Shown piece after piece: positions 1 to 13,639 of a DNA stretch of 64,000 bases. Source of the stretch: Selaginella moellendorffii (lineage: Eukaryota; Plantae; Lycopodiophyta); the NCBI RefSeq assembly GCF_000143415.4, contig NW_003314319.1, positions 1,115,683 to 1,179,682 of the forward strand, written 5' to 3'. A model generated the notes under the pieces. That model was not told the origin of the DNA, did not search any database, and worked only from the letters and a program-made list of their open reading frames with translations. Position numbers and translations under genes: made by a program. Every line of letters begins with the position of its first letter. Positions within the stretch are counted from its first letter, which is position 1.

Positions 1-39
1 CCTTTCTTTATCCTATTATCCTGACCTGGTGCTTAACAA

Positions 40-2318
40 TTTTGCTCTATCAGAAATGTATATTGCAACTTTCCATGCCAAGTATATGTGCTAAATGACA
101 ATCGTCCAAGGCTCAAAACTCCACTAAAACATAATTGCACTTCAAGACTATTGCTCAACTAATAAGAACCCTTCCAGACACAAGTATGCATAGAGGTGGA
201 TTGCTTGCTTACCACACTCATGCAACACGTACACACTGATCATCGTGTTTCATCCTGCTCAATCAAATGCATCTCAATGAGCCCACACTTTCCATACATA
301 TAAACTCAACTACTAGAAAGAATTCAAGCACAGATTTACTTGCCCTTGGAGAGAATCTCCCAGCACAGTGCAAACACCCATGGCCTTCAGAAGAGTGATC
401 TCATTGCCCTCCATGCCTCCAAGGGTGCGAACTCTTACTCCAAGTACGTTTCTCAGTGGTCGAGGCTTTTGAGAGGTAAAATCGAACCCTATCCTCCTTT
501 TGCCCTTTCTTTTGTCGATCTTCCAGCTCGTAAGTCCTCAAATCCCGAAACGATGATGAAAGAATCGCTTGGAACAGGTCCGGAAGTTTCGAATCAAAGA
601 AATGGCAAGGGCGATGGAACAACGAGCGCTGGGGCGTGGGCGATCCGATCGCGCAGCTCGCCGCCAAGCCCGCTTGCAACTACAAGTAGTGTCTATCTGG
701 AGCTGGAGGAGAGCTTGGCGAAGCACTTGGCTGGAGATCTCAGCGAAGAAACAGGCATCAACTTCGCGGACAGTCGTGTTTTCAGTCTCAGCCCTGCTCC
801 AAGTCGGGTGTTCGCGTCCTCCTCAGGCTCTCTTTTGCTGGCACACACAGCGAGCTTGATCTCGGCATCACTTGGACAGCCCCGGTGGATTGGTCTCCGG
901 CTCGGGCTCAGTTCTACACAAGCTGGTACTTGGCTGGCAGCGGGAATGCAAGGGGATCCATCGTGATTTCGTTTCGGGCAAATGATGGTTCTTCCTGGGA
1001 CTGTTACTCTCCAGGCATCGAGGCAGGCGAGGATGATACCGAGGTATGTTCGTTTGAATGGCCACACGCTACAGGTTTCGTTGGATTGCCGAAACGTGGA
1101 GTTTTGGGACTGATGAGATTCACACCAGCAGAAGATCGCAAAGCTCCTGTGGCTGTGGAGATTGCTCTGCGAGTTTCTATTGCAACCCAGGCCATAACTC
1201 TTGACGATCCATTACCACGATGATCGATTCACAACCCAAGAGGGGGCTTTGCCAAGGACGAAACGCCGAGCAGCACGAATGCGGGGGATAATCTCGTCTG
1301 GTGGGCGATCTAACAAAAACGCCATGGATTTCGCAAAGACCCCTGTCATATGGTTCAAGTACATGGTATGATTTTTTTAATACGGGAACCCGGTTGCCGA
1401 GATGATGGCTATCAGGTAAGTGTAGAGGTAAACCGTTGTAGAAGACCCGGGTTCGATGCCGAAGGGTCCACTCAACAAGGACTTTTATGCAAAAATTTTG
1501 CTAAATAAGGAGCCATTATTCTGGTTCGCCGGCTCACAAAAACAGCTTAGACCAGTCATTTAGGACATCGGTCTCCCAAAACAAACGTTTCGGGTTCGAT
1601 TCTCTTCCCGATATTTGTAAATACCAAATACTGAATCATCGTCGATCATCAATGCGGATGCTCTGGCATCGCGACGCTGGAGTTGCGCAGATTGACGTGG
1701 GCAAGCTGGAGACTGCGGCGGCTGTGATAATCCATTTCCTGGCCTATCGGCGCAGCGGCGGCTCCAGCCCTGGCAGCTGATTCTCTTGTCTCGTCTGATT
1801 CCATTGACAAGACATGATCGATCGCAGGCGCTCCTCCTGTCGCTCCTCCTCCTCCTCGCAGTGTAGCTTTCTCGACGCTGACCTTGTGTTTGGCGCCCTG
1901 GCGGCGGGATACGTTTTCAGGGACCAAGGTTGAGAGGTATGAACTTCCAGAGAAGTAGACTTTGTAAGCTTTCGGTGTGATCTTTCCAGGTTCAGGGCTG
2001 TGCTTGGAGCATCGACGCCACACATTCACCATCCATTCCTGTCACGAACAGGCAATTCCATCCTCAGGCAGCTCAAGTGGACGAAGTTCTCCATGTGCCT
2101 GGTGGGTTTGGGGGAATCAAACAAGCCCGCTTTTTCTCGGAGAGACTGCCGTCCTGCCCGAGCTTGATACTCCTCCCGATTTTAGCACCCAAAAATCACC
2201 CCGATTCTTGAGACGCATCAAGGATATTTACTAGCCAGACTTCCATGGTGCATTGATCTGCCACAGGAGAACTAAATCTCTCGTACCTCTTGATTATTGC
2301 TAGTGAGAGCAGCAGGAG
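40..2318. repeat. Arm 1 of a ~2.3-kb near-identical inverted duplication (partner 21003-23281)
   Basis: ORF tracks mirror each other with coordinate sum 23321 (340..966+ vs 22355..22981-; 1649..2032- vs 21289..21672+), with only scattered substitutions. Confidence 0.95.
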
Positions 2319-2549
2319 CTTGATGGTGCAGAACTACCACTTTCTGTTCTATCTGGAAGCGTCCCAGTTGTCACCGCACCAAATGCCACGAACTTTCAAT
2401 TGTTATCTAGGGCATAAAATGAGTAACTATCACAAATATTCTTTTGCATAGCTCGAACCAAGGCACCACTGGACTACTGATCTTTCATAACATTATTAAG
2501 AAAGGAAGGCTTTAATGTGAAAAAAGCCTGATCTTGTCCATAACCAATA

Positions 2550-4330
2550 AGAGGTGGGAGAGAGGATCAACAAGCAATCCCAAAGTGTATGCGACATTTC
2601 TACTTCCATACTTTTTATGCTAGAACCAGTGCATCTTAGATTCTTTGACAAGGAGAGGCATTAAAATAGCATCAAACTTGTAAATAGGTACTGTGAATCA
2701 CCTTGACCACATCAAAATAAAAAGTAATACTGTGTTGATCTCCAGAAATTGAAGAGTAGTATCAATTAAGGCTTTTCATAGATAACAAATTTTCTTGTGA
2801 TCTCTTTACTCTTTAGTGAAATTCCATAAAATTTTATTTTGCTAAACACTGGAAATATATATTGTGCCATAACATTAGAAAGATTAGTAATAACTCCTTG
2901 TTCTACTATTGAAAAATTATTCAAATATGCCAACAATTTCATAAATGTTATCACAACAATATAAATATTTATTAATATGAACATTCATATGAGCTTGTTT
3001 TTATTAATATAAGCATTGCTATGAGCTCCTTTTTATAATAAAAGGTCTCCTATTATTCTCTCCGTGTCACTTGGGGGGTTCTATGGCTGATGCTGATGCT
3101 ATTTCTCGAGCTCCTCTTCATTCTTCACTCTCTTCTCATGTTTTTGACGAGCCTATTCTTCTAGCATCTGTGGATTTTCTAGACGAGGAGGTTACACAAT
3201 AATGTTCCATATGCCCGCCTAAAATAGGAGAATCATGGTAACCATGGAGAAATTGTGGAATTAATATGGAAGGCACCACCAGATGTAAATGATCATCAGA
3301 ATTTGTCTTTACAAAATAAAGAAGGCCATCTTCATATTTAGGTTATAGTTTATAAAGTTTAGTTAGTTAATAACATCTTTTTATGCATTTTTTAGCATAA
3401 TTAGATAACAATTCCCTCATCCTAATTCAAATAGTTTTCTAAAAACTTGCAACATTGTTTAAACAAATAATAAAAACTAAAATCAACTCTCCAAGTAAAG
3501 CAGAAACACCAGCACTTGAACAAGAGAAGGAAAAACAATACTCACCTCCCTCCAGGAGTTACAGTGGAAAAAGTTGGCACTTGTGAAGGCAACATTACCC
3601 TTACTATTGTGGAACAGAAGTTCTCCACTTATACATCTTTTGCTTAAAGTTTCTCCTTATTGCTAGCTTTAGTAGCAAACACAAGAAAGTGTAGCATAGC
3701 TTGCAATGCAGCAACTTTGCTACTTCATTTTTGCCAGGATACATGAAAGATATAAGAGGTGGGATAGAGGATCAGCAAGCAATCCCAAAGTGTATGCGAC
3801 ATTTCTACTTCCATATTTTTTATGCTAGAACCAGTGCATCTTAGATTCTTTGACAAGGAGAGGCACTAAAATAGCATGGGCATCACTTTGACCACATCAA
3901 GATAAAAAGTAATACTGTGTTGATCTCCAGAAAATTGAACACTAGTATCAGCAAGGCTTCTCATAGTTCTTGTATTTCTGGGACATGTGTATAGTGCCAT
4001 TTATTAAGCTCAATGAGAATAGAATTAACACCTTTAGCCTCATAGAATTTTACATTGGTGATTCCACAATGGGTACTAGTATAGGCAAGTTTATCAATTG
4101 AACAAAATTTACTCAATTTCTTAGCATTCAAAATTGTTGAGTACATTGTCCTATTAAAAGGTGAGCCAAGAAATATATACTTATAGATGGTGTACGTCTT
4201 AGTCAAATATATGTTGTTAGTCTTAATATTTATGAATTTGAGATTTTATAGCCTAATTCAACTGTTTCTTTTTAGATCATTCCATTTAAGGAGGTTTATT
4301 TATCCTATGCAAAGATTCTTTTCATTTGGC
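2550..4330. repeat. AT-rich segmental repeats: 2550-2790 ~ 3750-3960 (direct); 2800-2990 and 3900-4330 inverted to 19220-20230
   Basis: Shared strings such as aagaggtggga..gaggatca..caagcaatcccaaagtgtatgcgac. ORF 3961..4206- and ORF 19914..20186+ give near-identical translations. Confidence 0.85.
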
Positions 4331-5754
4331 AAGTAAACATTGTGCCTTCAAAATGTTGAAAATGTGTGGTCTTGATATTGCACCAATTGTGGATATACTA
4401 TTTGGTTTATATCCCCTTCCATTTGGAATCTGTGTTGTTGACAAGAGGTGGTAGCTCGAAGAAAATATTGTTGTAGAAGGATAGAAATTCGCTCACAAGC
4501 CTATACAAAAACAAGTGCACGTCAAGTGAATTCGGCGCTGACACTAACATGACTTCTCCACTTGAACTAAAAGAGGACGAGAGAATAATGATTAACTCTT
4601 GCTTCACATTCACTTTAGCTAGAGCACATTTGGGCACTTTGACTGAAGATCCAAAAATTTGAATCTCCTTTAACTTAGAATTCTGTAAATCCTATTGTTA
4701 TCCACCCTTACTTACACCAGAAAGAAGAAACTCTGAGTTTGCAACTATACTGGTGCTGTTGTGAATCACAACCTTTAAAGAAATAGAGCCAAGACAAAGA
4801 TTAAAATGTTGACATAACAAACTTTTAGAAATAATATTCTGAGAGAATGAAAGAAGTGGGTGATCTCGAAAATGAAGAAGAAACCTCTCCATCCTTTTTA
4901 ATAGATTTTAGAGTTTTCTCTCTTTATGCTACTTGTAAAAATCTATAGTGAAACACAATTGAAATTTAAATAAAGCAATAAGAAAAATATCAACAATGTA
5001 CAAAATGAATTCAAATTCTATAGTAAATTTAACATGTACAAGTGTGACAATATTAATATTACTGTTATCTATTATGATATTTGATGCATGTTATACACAT
5101 AGATCCAAGGAAGGATTTTCAGCACATGAAGTTTGATAGTTAATAATGATACTAGTAATGATATTTTGCTATAGCATGTCAAATGAAGAGATCTAATTTG
5201 ATTGTGGGTATACGTGATATGTCAAGTTGTCAAATTTTAAGTGGTAGATGATAATAAATCTTGTTAAATCTTATTCTTCAATGACAGATTTGATTCGTAG
5301 TACAACTCAAGTTTTATCCATAATTGTGAACACTACTCAATGACATTTAAAGCACGTGCCTATTGTTTAGGATCTAATACAACACAAAATAAATTTCTGG
5401 ATGAGGATTCATCCATTCATAGATGGATATAGTACAACATATTTTAATGTGCCTTATTTATACTCTTTAAAGTTCTTGTAACAATTCCAAAATATGTACA
5501 AAATATTGATGAGAATGCATCCTTTGTAGATAATTTGTAAAAAAAAATCATATCTCTAATAACAGAAATGTTGATAGGTGCTAGTTATATCATCATTAAA
5601 ATATACAAAATAAAAAAGCATAATTCACATATAATAATAATGATAAGATAAAATAAGATCGAAGATATTGTGATGGTTGAGATTTAGGTTATTTGGAATG
5701 AACAGCTGGGATGAAAGATTGGTTAGGGTTAGGGGAGCTAGCTGCCATTGCACC

Positions 5755-5965
5755 ATAAGTGGAGCGCACAAGAGATCGAGGGATTGAGTGGGAAGGAGAT
5801 CGAGGGATTAAGCATGCAATAGATCGAGTGATTGAGCACACAAGAGATTGAGAGATTGAGCGTGGAGCGCACGAGTGTGAGAGATTGAGTGCGGGAGAGT
5901 GCAAGAGATGGAGCGCACCAGTATGAACACGAGTTGAGATTGAGAGTGAGAAAGTGTGAGAAATC
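5755..5965. repeat. Low-complexity GAGATTGAG/GAGATCGAG short repeats
   Basis: Repeated gagattgag/gagatcgag/gagcgcac words visible directly. Confidence 0.6.
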
Positions 5966-6074
5966 TAGCATGATCGAGATATCGGGAGGGAAAGATGCCA
6001 CCAAGGGTGAGTTTTGATTTGATTTCTTTCACTTCTATTTCTTTATTTTTGCTTGTTTCTTGATTGTTTCTTCA

Positions 6075-6495
6075 GGGCCAGCCACCTCAAGCACTTTGGC
6101 CACCCAAGGGGCCGAGGTTATTTGAATTACCTTAGCCCCTCGGGCAACCAAAGTGCTTGAGGTTGAGTCTGGGCCAGCCACCTCGGGCACTTTGGCTACC
6201 CAAGGGGCTGAGGTTATTCAAATAACCTCGGCTTGTCAGGCAGCCAAAGTGCCTGAGGTCAAGCCCAGGCTGGCCACTTCGGGCACTTTGGCTGCCCAAG
6301 GGGCTAAGGTTATTCAAATAACCTTGGCCTGTTGGGCAGCCAAAGTGCCTGAGGTCAAACCCAGGCTGGCCACTTTGGGCATTTCAGTTGCCCAAGGGGC
6401 TAAGGTTATTCAAACAACCTCAGCCCCTTGGGCAGCCAAAGTGCCTGAGGTTGAGCCCAGGCCGGCCACCTCGGGTGGCCAAAGTGCTTGAGGTG
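6075..6495. repeat. Tandem array of ~4 units (~98 bp), each an ~85-bp hairpin
   Basis: Unit cacctcgggcactttggctRcccaaggggctgaggttatt-caaataacctYggc..Ygggcagccaaagtgcctgagg; the two halves of each unit are reverse complements. Confidence 0.9.
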
Positions 6496-6584
6496 GGGTT
6501 TGGGCCCACTTGATTTTTTTTTTCTCTTTGACTATTTGAATTTCTTATTATCTTTATTTAGTTTGACTAACAAAATTTTTCCTC

Positions 6585-9500
6585 TTGCAAAAAAGAAAAA
6601 TTGTACCACACAAAACAGTTGTTGGAGCCAAGAAGGCACGAAAAGTTCAATTCAACACTGCTGACAACATCACGATCGATATATCCATTGGCACATTAAT
6701 GAAAACACATTTACTTAGAGATCCACCGCCTCCACCACCATCACCTCCACCATCACCACCTCCACCATCACCATTGCCACTTCCACCACCACCATCACCA
6801 CCTCCATCATCGTCATTGCTACCACCACTGCCACTATTGCCTCCACCTCCACCGCCACCACCACCAACCCCCACCATCACCACTACTACCTCCACTTTAC
6901 TCCTCACTAGCCCACCACCAGCACAAATCTCTGAAGTTGGGCAATCTAGTGGTGTTCACAATAGGGAACCTAAAGTACAACTTGGAGCTGAAAGAGTTGT
7001 AGACCTTCCTGACAACGTGGTGGAGGCGCACTTCCAAAAGATTGTTATACGAACAAGGGAAAAAGCAGTTCACCAAATACTTGAGGCGCTCAAGTGGCTA
7101 GGCCCTTGTGACTTGATCAAAGAGATCCCCCTTTGTCGTTTGTAGCAGACGAACTTTGTCCGCACTACATCAAAGTATATCAACTTGAATATATACAGCT
7201 TGTTCAAACAGAATGGCCATGCGATAAATATCAGTATGTTTCTAGTCTCGATTTGCAAGTCAGGAACAATGGAGATCATTACTATCACACAGTTAGATTG
7301 TGAATAGTTGGGATCTTATTTAGAGGAGGAAGTCCCTGAAATTTGATAACATGCTTATTAGACATCCTAAGGCTCGACAACTTGTGAGGACAATATTCCA
7401 AACTATTGATAGTAACCACTAATATAAGGCTTGGATGAAGTGTATCAAAGATCATTTTCTCAATGATCCCATCTACCATATCAACGTTCCAGTCAGCATG
7501 TCTATGCAAGGGGACCTTTGGATGTCAATAAACTTATCTTGTCCTGCCAAAAGATCAATGCGCAAGTTTTATAATTTTACCTCCAACTTGTAAATGACTA
7601 ATTTTTTTATTCTACTTTAGTCACTTAACCACACCTCTGACCACTTGGAGGAGTCTCATTCACAACCTCTATAAGTCCAATTTAGGATGTGGGGCTTGCT
7701 AGCCCCGAGAATGGCATTCATGCCACTCAACCATTGCACTAGGTCCAAGTGCTTCGCGTGTCTGATCCCATGACCGACACCCCAAGGTATCATTGACATA
7801 TCAACCCATTACTCTAAGGCCATACCCATTCACCTTGGTGACACCGGTGGTCCAACACCACCTACATCACAGTCCTGTCTCTCAAAGACTGGGGCATCCA
7901 TCCATGAGTGATCATCTTAGATTCCGCATCCTTAGGATGCCCACAAACATGGGGAATAGCCTTCCTAATATCCCTTTTACAGCCTTTGGGTGTTTTAGCC
8001 ATGGGCTTAGAGCGAGGTTTCATTGAGCCACGCTAGGTATCCAAGTAGGTAATGCCACCCATACTTGGATTGGGAGCATTGACCATTCGATCTCTCGGGG
8101 GAACTAGAGCCGACTTTTGAACACTTCACCAAGTTACCTCGCTTGTTGGTTCATATTCACTTTAGCCTTGGACTTCCCAATGGTTATCTCATCACCCAAT
8201 ACTTGGGTATAGCCTTCCTGGGCCAAATTAACCTTTTCTGGCCAAACTGGCTCCACTAGGGTTTAACCCCCATACTCTCCTTGTAGCCCCCCCCCTTAGG
8301 GGACAATCGCTTTGGGCTTTCACCCAACAGCCTATATTAGTATTTGGACTCGGACTGGGACTTGAACTCGGACTCGAACTCAGACTCGATCTCAATCTCG
8401 GACTTAGACTTGGACTCGGTCTCGGTCTCGGTCTCGGTTCCATCTCAGACTCCATCTCGAGTCCATCTCAGACTCCATCTTGGACTCCATCTCAAGTCCA
8501 TCTCGAACTCCATCTTAGACTCTGTCTCGAGTCTTCCATATATCATGTGTTGGTCCTTTTGTGTCCCTTCTCTAGAGACTCACTTACTGCTTGCTTCGTG
8601 CTCATTCCTCGAGCCCTTCGTTTAGGAGTTTCACTCCTGCTCTCAACTTTTCAAGTCGGAGCTTTTAGTCCAAACATGTTACGCTCATTTGGCTTTCATT
8701 TCGGCCACTACCACATGGCACCCACTTTGGGGCCTAAGGATTTTATGTTTAACATAACTCCACTTTAACTTGTTTTGTTGTGTTTAAATCCAGGCTTGGG
8801 CAGTTTGCTGTTCAAAAGTAAAACTTTATCCATGACATCGAGCAACTTCAATTTTTAGCAGACTTGAGTGAGGATGACATCTGCGAACATTATGATGATG
8901 ATCTTGCAACACTTCATCACTCACGCACTCAAAATGACGGTATAACTTTGTTCAACAACCCAATTAGTTTTATGCTCGCTATATGGTGCAAAGTATGTCT
9001 TTCCCTTTCATTTTATAAGGGCTTCTTTTAATTGTTTTGGTTTTTAACCTTTGGTGAAGGTCAAATAAGATGTTTATGAACTTGTATATCGGGAGAAGAG
9101 TCGGGAAGAGCTCTCAACTGAGTTCGTACAAATTGAGCATAAAATTCGACATGCAAATTCTTCAAAGTTGAAGAAATTAAGATACATTGCAGACAATCGT
9201 AGGCCGAAGGAGTGGCTAGAGACTATAGCTGAAATTTCTTCTCATGAATGTAAGTTTTTTTGTCACACTTCATTTTTCTCAATTATGCATATTTACTTTT
9301 GTAGTGAACAAAACTCCAGATGATATAATTTATAATATCGAAAAATTGAAGCTTCCGTATAAACGACAGATAGAAACTCTGGATTTCCTTAATGTCTGCT
9401 TGATGAACAAAGAGAAAGGACTACTAGAACTATTTGAGAACATGATGAGAAGGGCTATCTACATCATGCAAACTATAAGTGAAGGTGAGAAGGTATATGT

Positions 9501-9960
9501 CTGTAACTCATTCTTGAATCTATTGTACATCCACATATGCACATTTTCCAGACCCACCATTGGGCAATTCCTACAGTGCTCAAGAAAAGTTTGTAAACCC
9601 ATAAAGCCACTTGTCTAAGAAAAAGTAGTATATTAGACACCGAATGTAATAGTGTTTTGTGCTTTCAAGTAGTCCCGCTATGTCAGGAGCAAGATCTTGC
9701 AAAAACATGTGGCATTGCTTTTGAAGCATTGGAGGCAATCCCTATCTAATAATAAGATTCAGAATTTCATATATAAGGAGCTCTAGTTCAACTTCACTAA
9801 AGCCCTCAGTAGAAAAAGGATTATTATATGGAGGTGAAAGTAGAATGTTGGTAGAACTTGGGGATGGAGGTGGAGATTAATATAAAATGTTGGGGGGCTA
9901 AGTACAAGTAGTAGTGGCTTTCCTTCGAGCCATTTCAATACAAACTTCCAAGGAGCTCAA
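6585..9960 (+). pseudogene. Decayed gene for a Pro-rich, ParB/Srx-like domain protein, interrupted by a solo LTR
   Basis: Pro-rich ORF 6585-7145 ends EIPLCRL. Reading through stops gives ...FQTIDSNH*YKAWMKCIKDHF (~7395-7460), matching the ParB-type 'DGNHRxxA' motif. Fragmented coding-like sequence continues after the LTR to about 9960; the 3' limit is approximate. Confidence 0.6.
7589..8754 (-). mobile_element. Solo LTR of family B (internally deleted, older copy)
   Basis: Termini TGTAA...TAACA; colinear with 26933-28565; flanked by CAACT/TAACT (5-bp TSD with one C>T). Confidence 0.88.
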
Positions 9961-10549
9961 GAAGAACAAAAAAACTATAATGACTATAACTTTTCTAGAT
10001 AGTTTATATACTAAGTTTTAGTCTCGGGAATAAGGTTTATTTATTATAACACTGACGATACTCAGATTCTTTAAATGTCAATTTTGGAAATGGGGCTTCA
10101 TAATCATAGCTTGCTTATAAACATAAGAGCTTCTAGAATTTTAGATTATCGTGTATACACATGCTTTATCATTATAATGAAATCCTACTTTACTACACAT
10201 ATATTCTTTTCTACGCATGCCAAATGTTTAGAGAAATAGACTGTAGGAAAATATAGAACACATTATAGTGGCAGAGCACATTGGCACGCTACCATTCCCT
10301 TATATGAGATTGTTTTTCAGTCTTGGAAATGTAGATAAAGTTGATTCTTTGATGTGATATTACTTTTGAGTCTTTCGAAAGATTTCAATTTCTTTTATTA
10401 TTATTCACAAACAACTCTCGAAAACTTTTAATGAGGATTCACTACAAAATATATATCTTGGTCTTATCATATGAGAGGATTGTGATATAAGCAGGAAACA
10501 CAGTTTTTAATATGAATTAATATTTAAATTACAAATGTCATGGAAAGTG

Positions 10550-10875
10550 TTATGGAGTAGATTTCTTGGTGCTTTCTGCCATGCTGTTCATTTCTTCATT
10601 TCTTTTACTCTAAACTGTTGTTTCAGAAGTAACAGAAACATTTTTATCAATCATGATAGTGGTCTCCACATTTTCAAATGGGTAATAAAAACGTAAAAAC
10701 GAATAGGAGTGTAATATGGAGATTGTGGTAATGAAACAAAATTAGAATTCTCACATTCCTTTGCACTACAATTGTTACTCACACATATTGTATTTTCCTT
10801 GCTTCCCATCTTCTCAAGAACCCTCAAAAATCTTTTGAATGAAGGAATAGTATCTACAACTATAAAAATATTCAA
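10550..10875 (-). pseudogene. Ancient relic homologous to the right-end small ORF of the Sola-type element
   Basis: Minus strand reads FVSLPQSPYYTP and VTSETTV*SK..MAESTKK, versus YISLPNSPYYTP and VTSETTIQSK..TAESTKK at 62525-62884. Confidence 0.75.
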
Positions 10876-11154
10876 AATATTAAGTAGTCAAATCAAAATA
10901 TAACAACTGTAACAATAGTCATAATAAAATAATATAGCTTTATAAAAGATAGATTTTTCTGAACTTTGTCTTTTTTAAACAATTCAATCTTATAGAAACT
11001 TTTAACTCAAATATTTACGTATTTAAATATTTTAAAGTTTGTTAGAACCTTCATTTGTTCAATTTATATTTCCTTTGTAAGACTTCTAATTGATTATGTT
11101 GACTTGAGTTGACTTGTGTTGAATTGAGCTCAACTCAACTTTGGACTATCCCCA

Positions 11155-13530
11155 TAACTAGTATATATAAATACATTTTATGGACTTCTCAACACTAAAA
11201 TAAGATAGCTAATAGCAAGAGAAACTTTGAAAACTTTAAGCATGTAGTTGTTCTTACCTATTTTAGAAACAATTTAGTAGCACATTTATAAATACTGTCA
11301 AAAGAAAAGAGAACAACTATATCTTATACCCTTGTAGCACATATAAAATCTTTATTGCATTTATTTTATATTCCTATGTTTGTATTGCAAAAAGAAGTAT
11401 AATGCTTTCTTTAAAGTGTTTTTAGTAGTGATGGCCTGATTTGTGATCAATAAATTCTAATTTGGTGATTAGATAACAGTAGAACTGGAAGTGAAGACTA
11501 CATTATCCAATGATTGAAACTCATCCAAATGTTTTGCTTGTGCATTAGTTTATTTTGATTTAAAGACAACTTTATCACATATGAGACAATATTTCAGACA
11601 AATTGGCTTTCAAAATAAGATGACATGATATATAAATTACATAGGTAAAGTCACTCACCAGCTTGCAAATTTTTCTAAGAAAAACATAAATTATTTCTCT
11701 AGGATAATTTCACTATATTAGATATCTACATTCTTAAAAAAATATGTAGAAATGATGAAGATTTATAAGATGTGATTTTTCAAAATTTTTAATCAAATAC
11801 TAATCATAGCTAATAATTATAAACTATGGATTTTTGTCATTGCAATGAATAGTATAAAACATGTAGTAATAATAACAGGATCTTTTTATTGTTCCATAAG
11901 TTGATTAAAATTTCTTTCTTTACCAACAGATTCCATATTCATAATTGGTGAATTTATTTCTCTTATAGATACTTTCTATGATACAATTCAATTATGCATT
12001 GCTCCATTTTCATAAAAACTGACTTACAGTTTCCATTTACTATTTAACTTTCAATAGTATTAATATCATATAACCTAAATAAATATCATCTAAAACTTTG
12101 CAATTCTACTTTTCTTAGTAGAGCTCAGATCCTTGCTAGTTTCAACTAGCACCCACTAAATTGCAATCGAGGTAAGTTAAACCTTTCATTTGTAATTTTC
12201 GATACACAAGGGATATTGTAATTTGGATCTCATCATGCTCATTGGTGAAATATAACTCTATTCCCAATATAAAATTATCCATGGGCAATCCATGTAATAA
12301 ATTTTTTGTTCATTATAATTAATTTAAAAAGTTAGAACAAAGGATTAGCACTTTAAAAACAAAGGCAGCAAATTTTAGGAATTTGGCACAATCCTTGATA
12401 TGGAATCACTTTTCCTAGAAAACTCACATAGCTTAGTTCTATTTTATCTTTATTAACAAGGTGGTAGATACATTTGCTTAGTATATATTATTCTTTGTTA
12501 TTTGGTACAAAAAATTTAAATTTTTAATGGAGACAATAGAGTTCTAGAATCTATTAGGATTGTGTTCATCCTTATAATTGCAAATGTGGAATTTGTGCCA
12601 CTACTTTAAGATTGCACACCTTTGCATTGCTAGTGTATTTTGTAGCCAAAGACTCCCTTTGCTTTGAACTTAATCCTTGTAAATTAATAACTAGTACATC
12701 CATATATATATATATTCTATGGACTTCTCAGCACTAAATTCAAAATAACTAACAGAAGAAGAAACTTTGAAAGCTTTAACCATATTGTTGTTCTTGCTTT
12801 TATGAGAAATAACTTAGTAGCATATGAAACTTATCAATGGTCTCAAAGGAAAAGGGAAGATTCATATCTTGTGTCATTGTAGCACATATAAAATCTTTAT
12901 TAAATTTGTTGTACATTTCTATGTTTGTATTACAAAAACCAGCTAAAGGAATATGACAATGTATAACACTTTCTTTAGAGTGCTTTTCATGATGGCCTAA
13001 TTTGTGGTAAAGAAATTCTAATCCTTTAGTGATTAGGTAATGATAGAATTAGAAGTGAAAACTATAGTAGCCAATCATTGCAACTCATCTAATGTGCTAA
13101 TGTTTTGCTACTGCATTAGCTACTTTGATTTGAAGACAAACTTGCATATGAGACAATATTCCCAAAGTTGTGATTTCAAAATAAAATTACATGATTTATA
13201 GATTACATTAGGTAAAGTCACTCACCACCTTGCAAGTTTTTCTAAGAAAAACATAAACTATTTCTCTACAATGATTTCACTATACATGATACCTACATTG
13301 TTAAGAAAATACATATAAATGATAAAGATTTATAAGGTGTAATTTTAAAAAATAAATGAATCAAATAAATCATAGCTAATACTAATGATATATAGTGATA
13401 GGTATGAACTATGGATTTTTGTCATTGCAATGGATACTATAAAAATGTAGTAATACTAACGATCTTGTTATTTTTGTATAAGTTGATTAAATTTTTTTTC
13501 ATCCCAATAGCCTTAATATTCAAAATTGGA
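11155..13530. repeat. Diverged direct duplication of ~0.8 kb (11155-11950 ~ 12690-13530)
   Basis: Colinear blocks, e.g. tatggacttctca.cactaaa, gtagcacatataaaatctttatt, aggtaaagtcactcacca.cttgcaa. Confidence 0.85.
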
Positions 13531-13639
13531 TGTTAACCTTGACAGTTGTTTTGCAAAAGCTAGCAGTTTCAGAAGATCTGTCATCCAAGCTGCAAGGCTG
13601 GACACTCTCCAGGATGTTTCGCTCAAAGCTGGAAGGCAA

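Noticed and set aside
340-2234. ORFs of 60-208 aa in the inverted arms as host genes
   Set aside because: No recognisable domain, overlapping in many frames, and frames are not conserved in the diverged third copy. An unrecognised exon cannot be excluded.
7711-7727. ATGGCATTCATGCCAC in family-B LTRs (also ~27055, ~49876) as a member of the 22-bp palindrome family
   Set aside because: The arms are similar but the spacer is 6 nt shorter and there is one site per LTR; probably coincidental.
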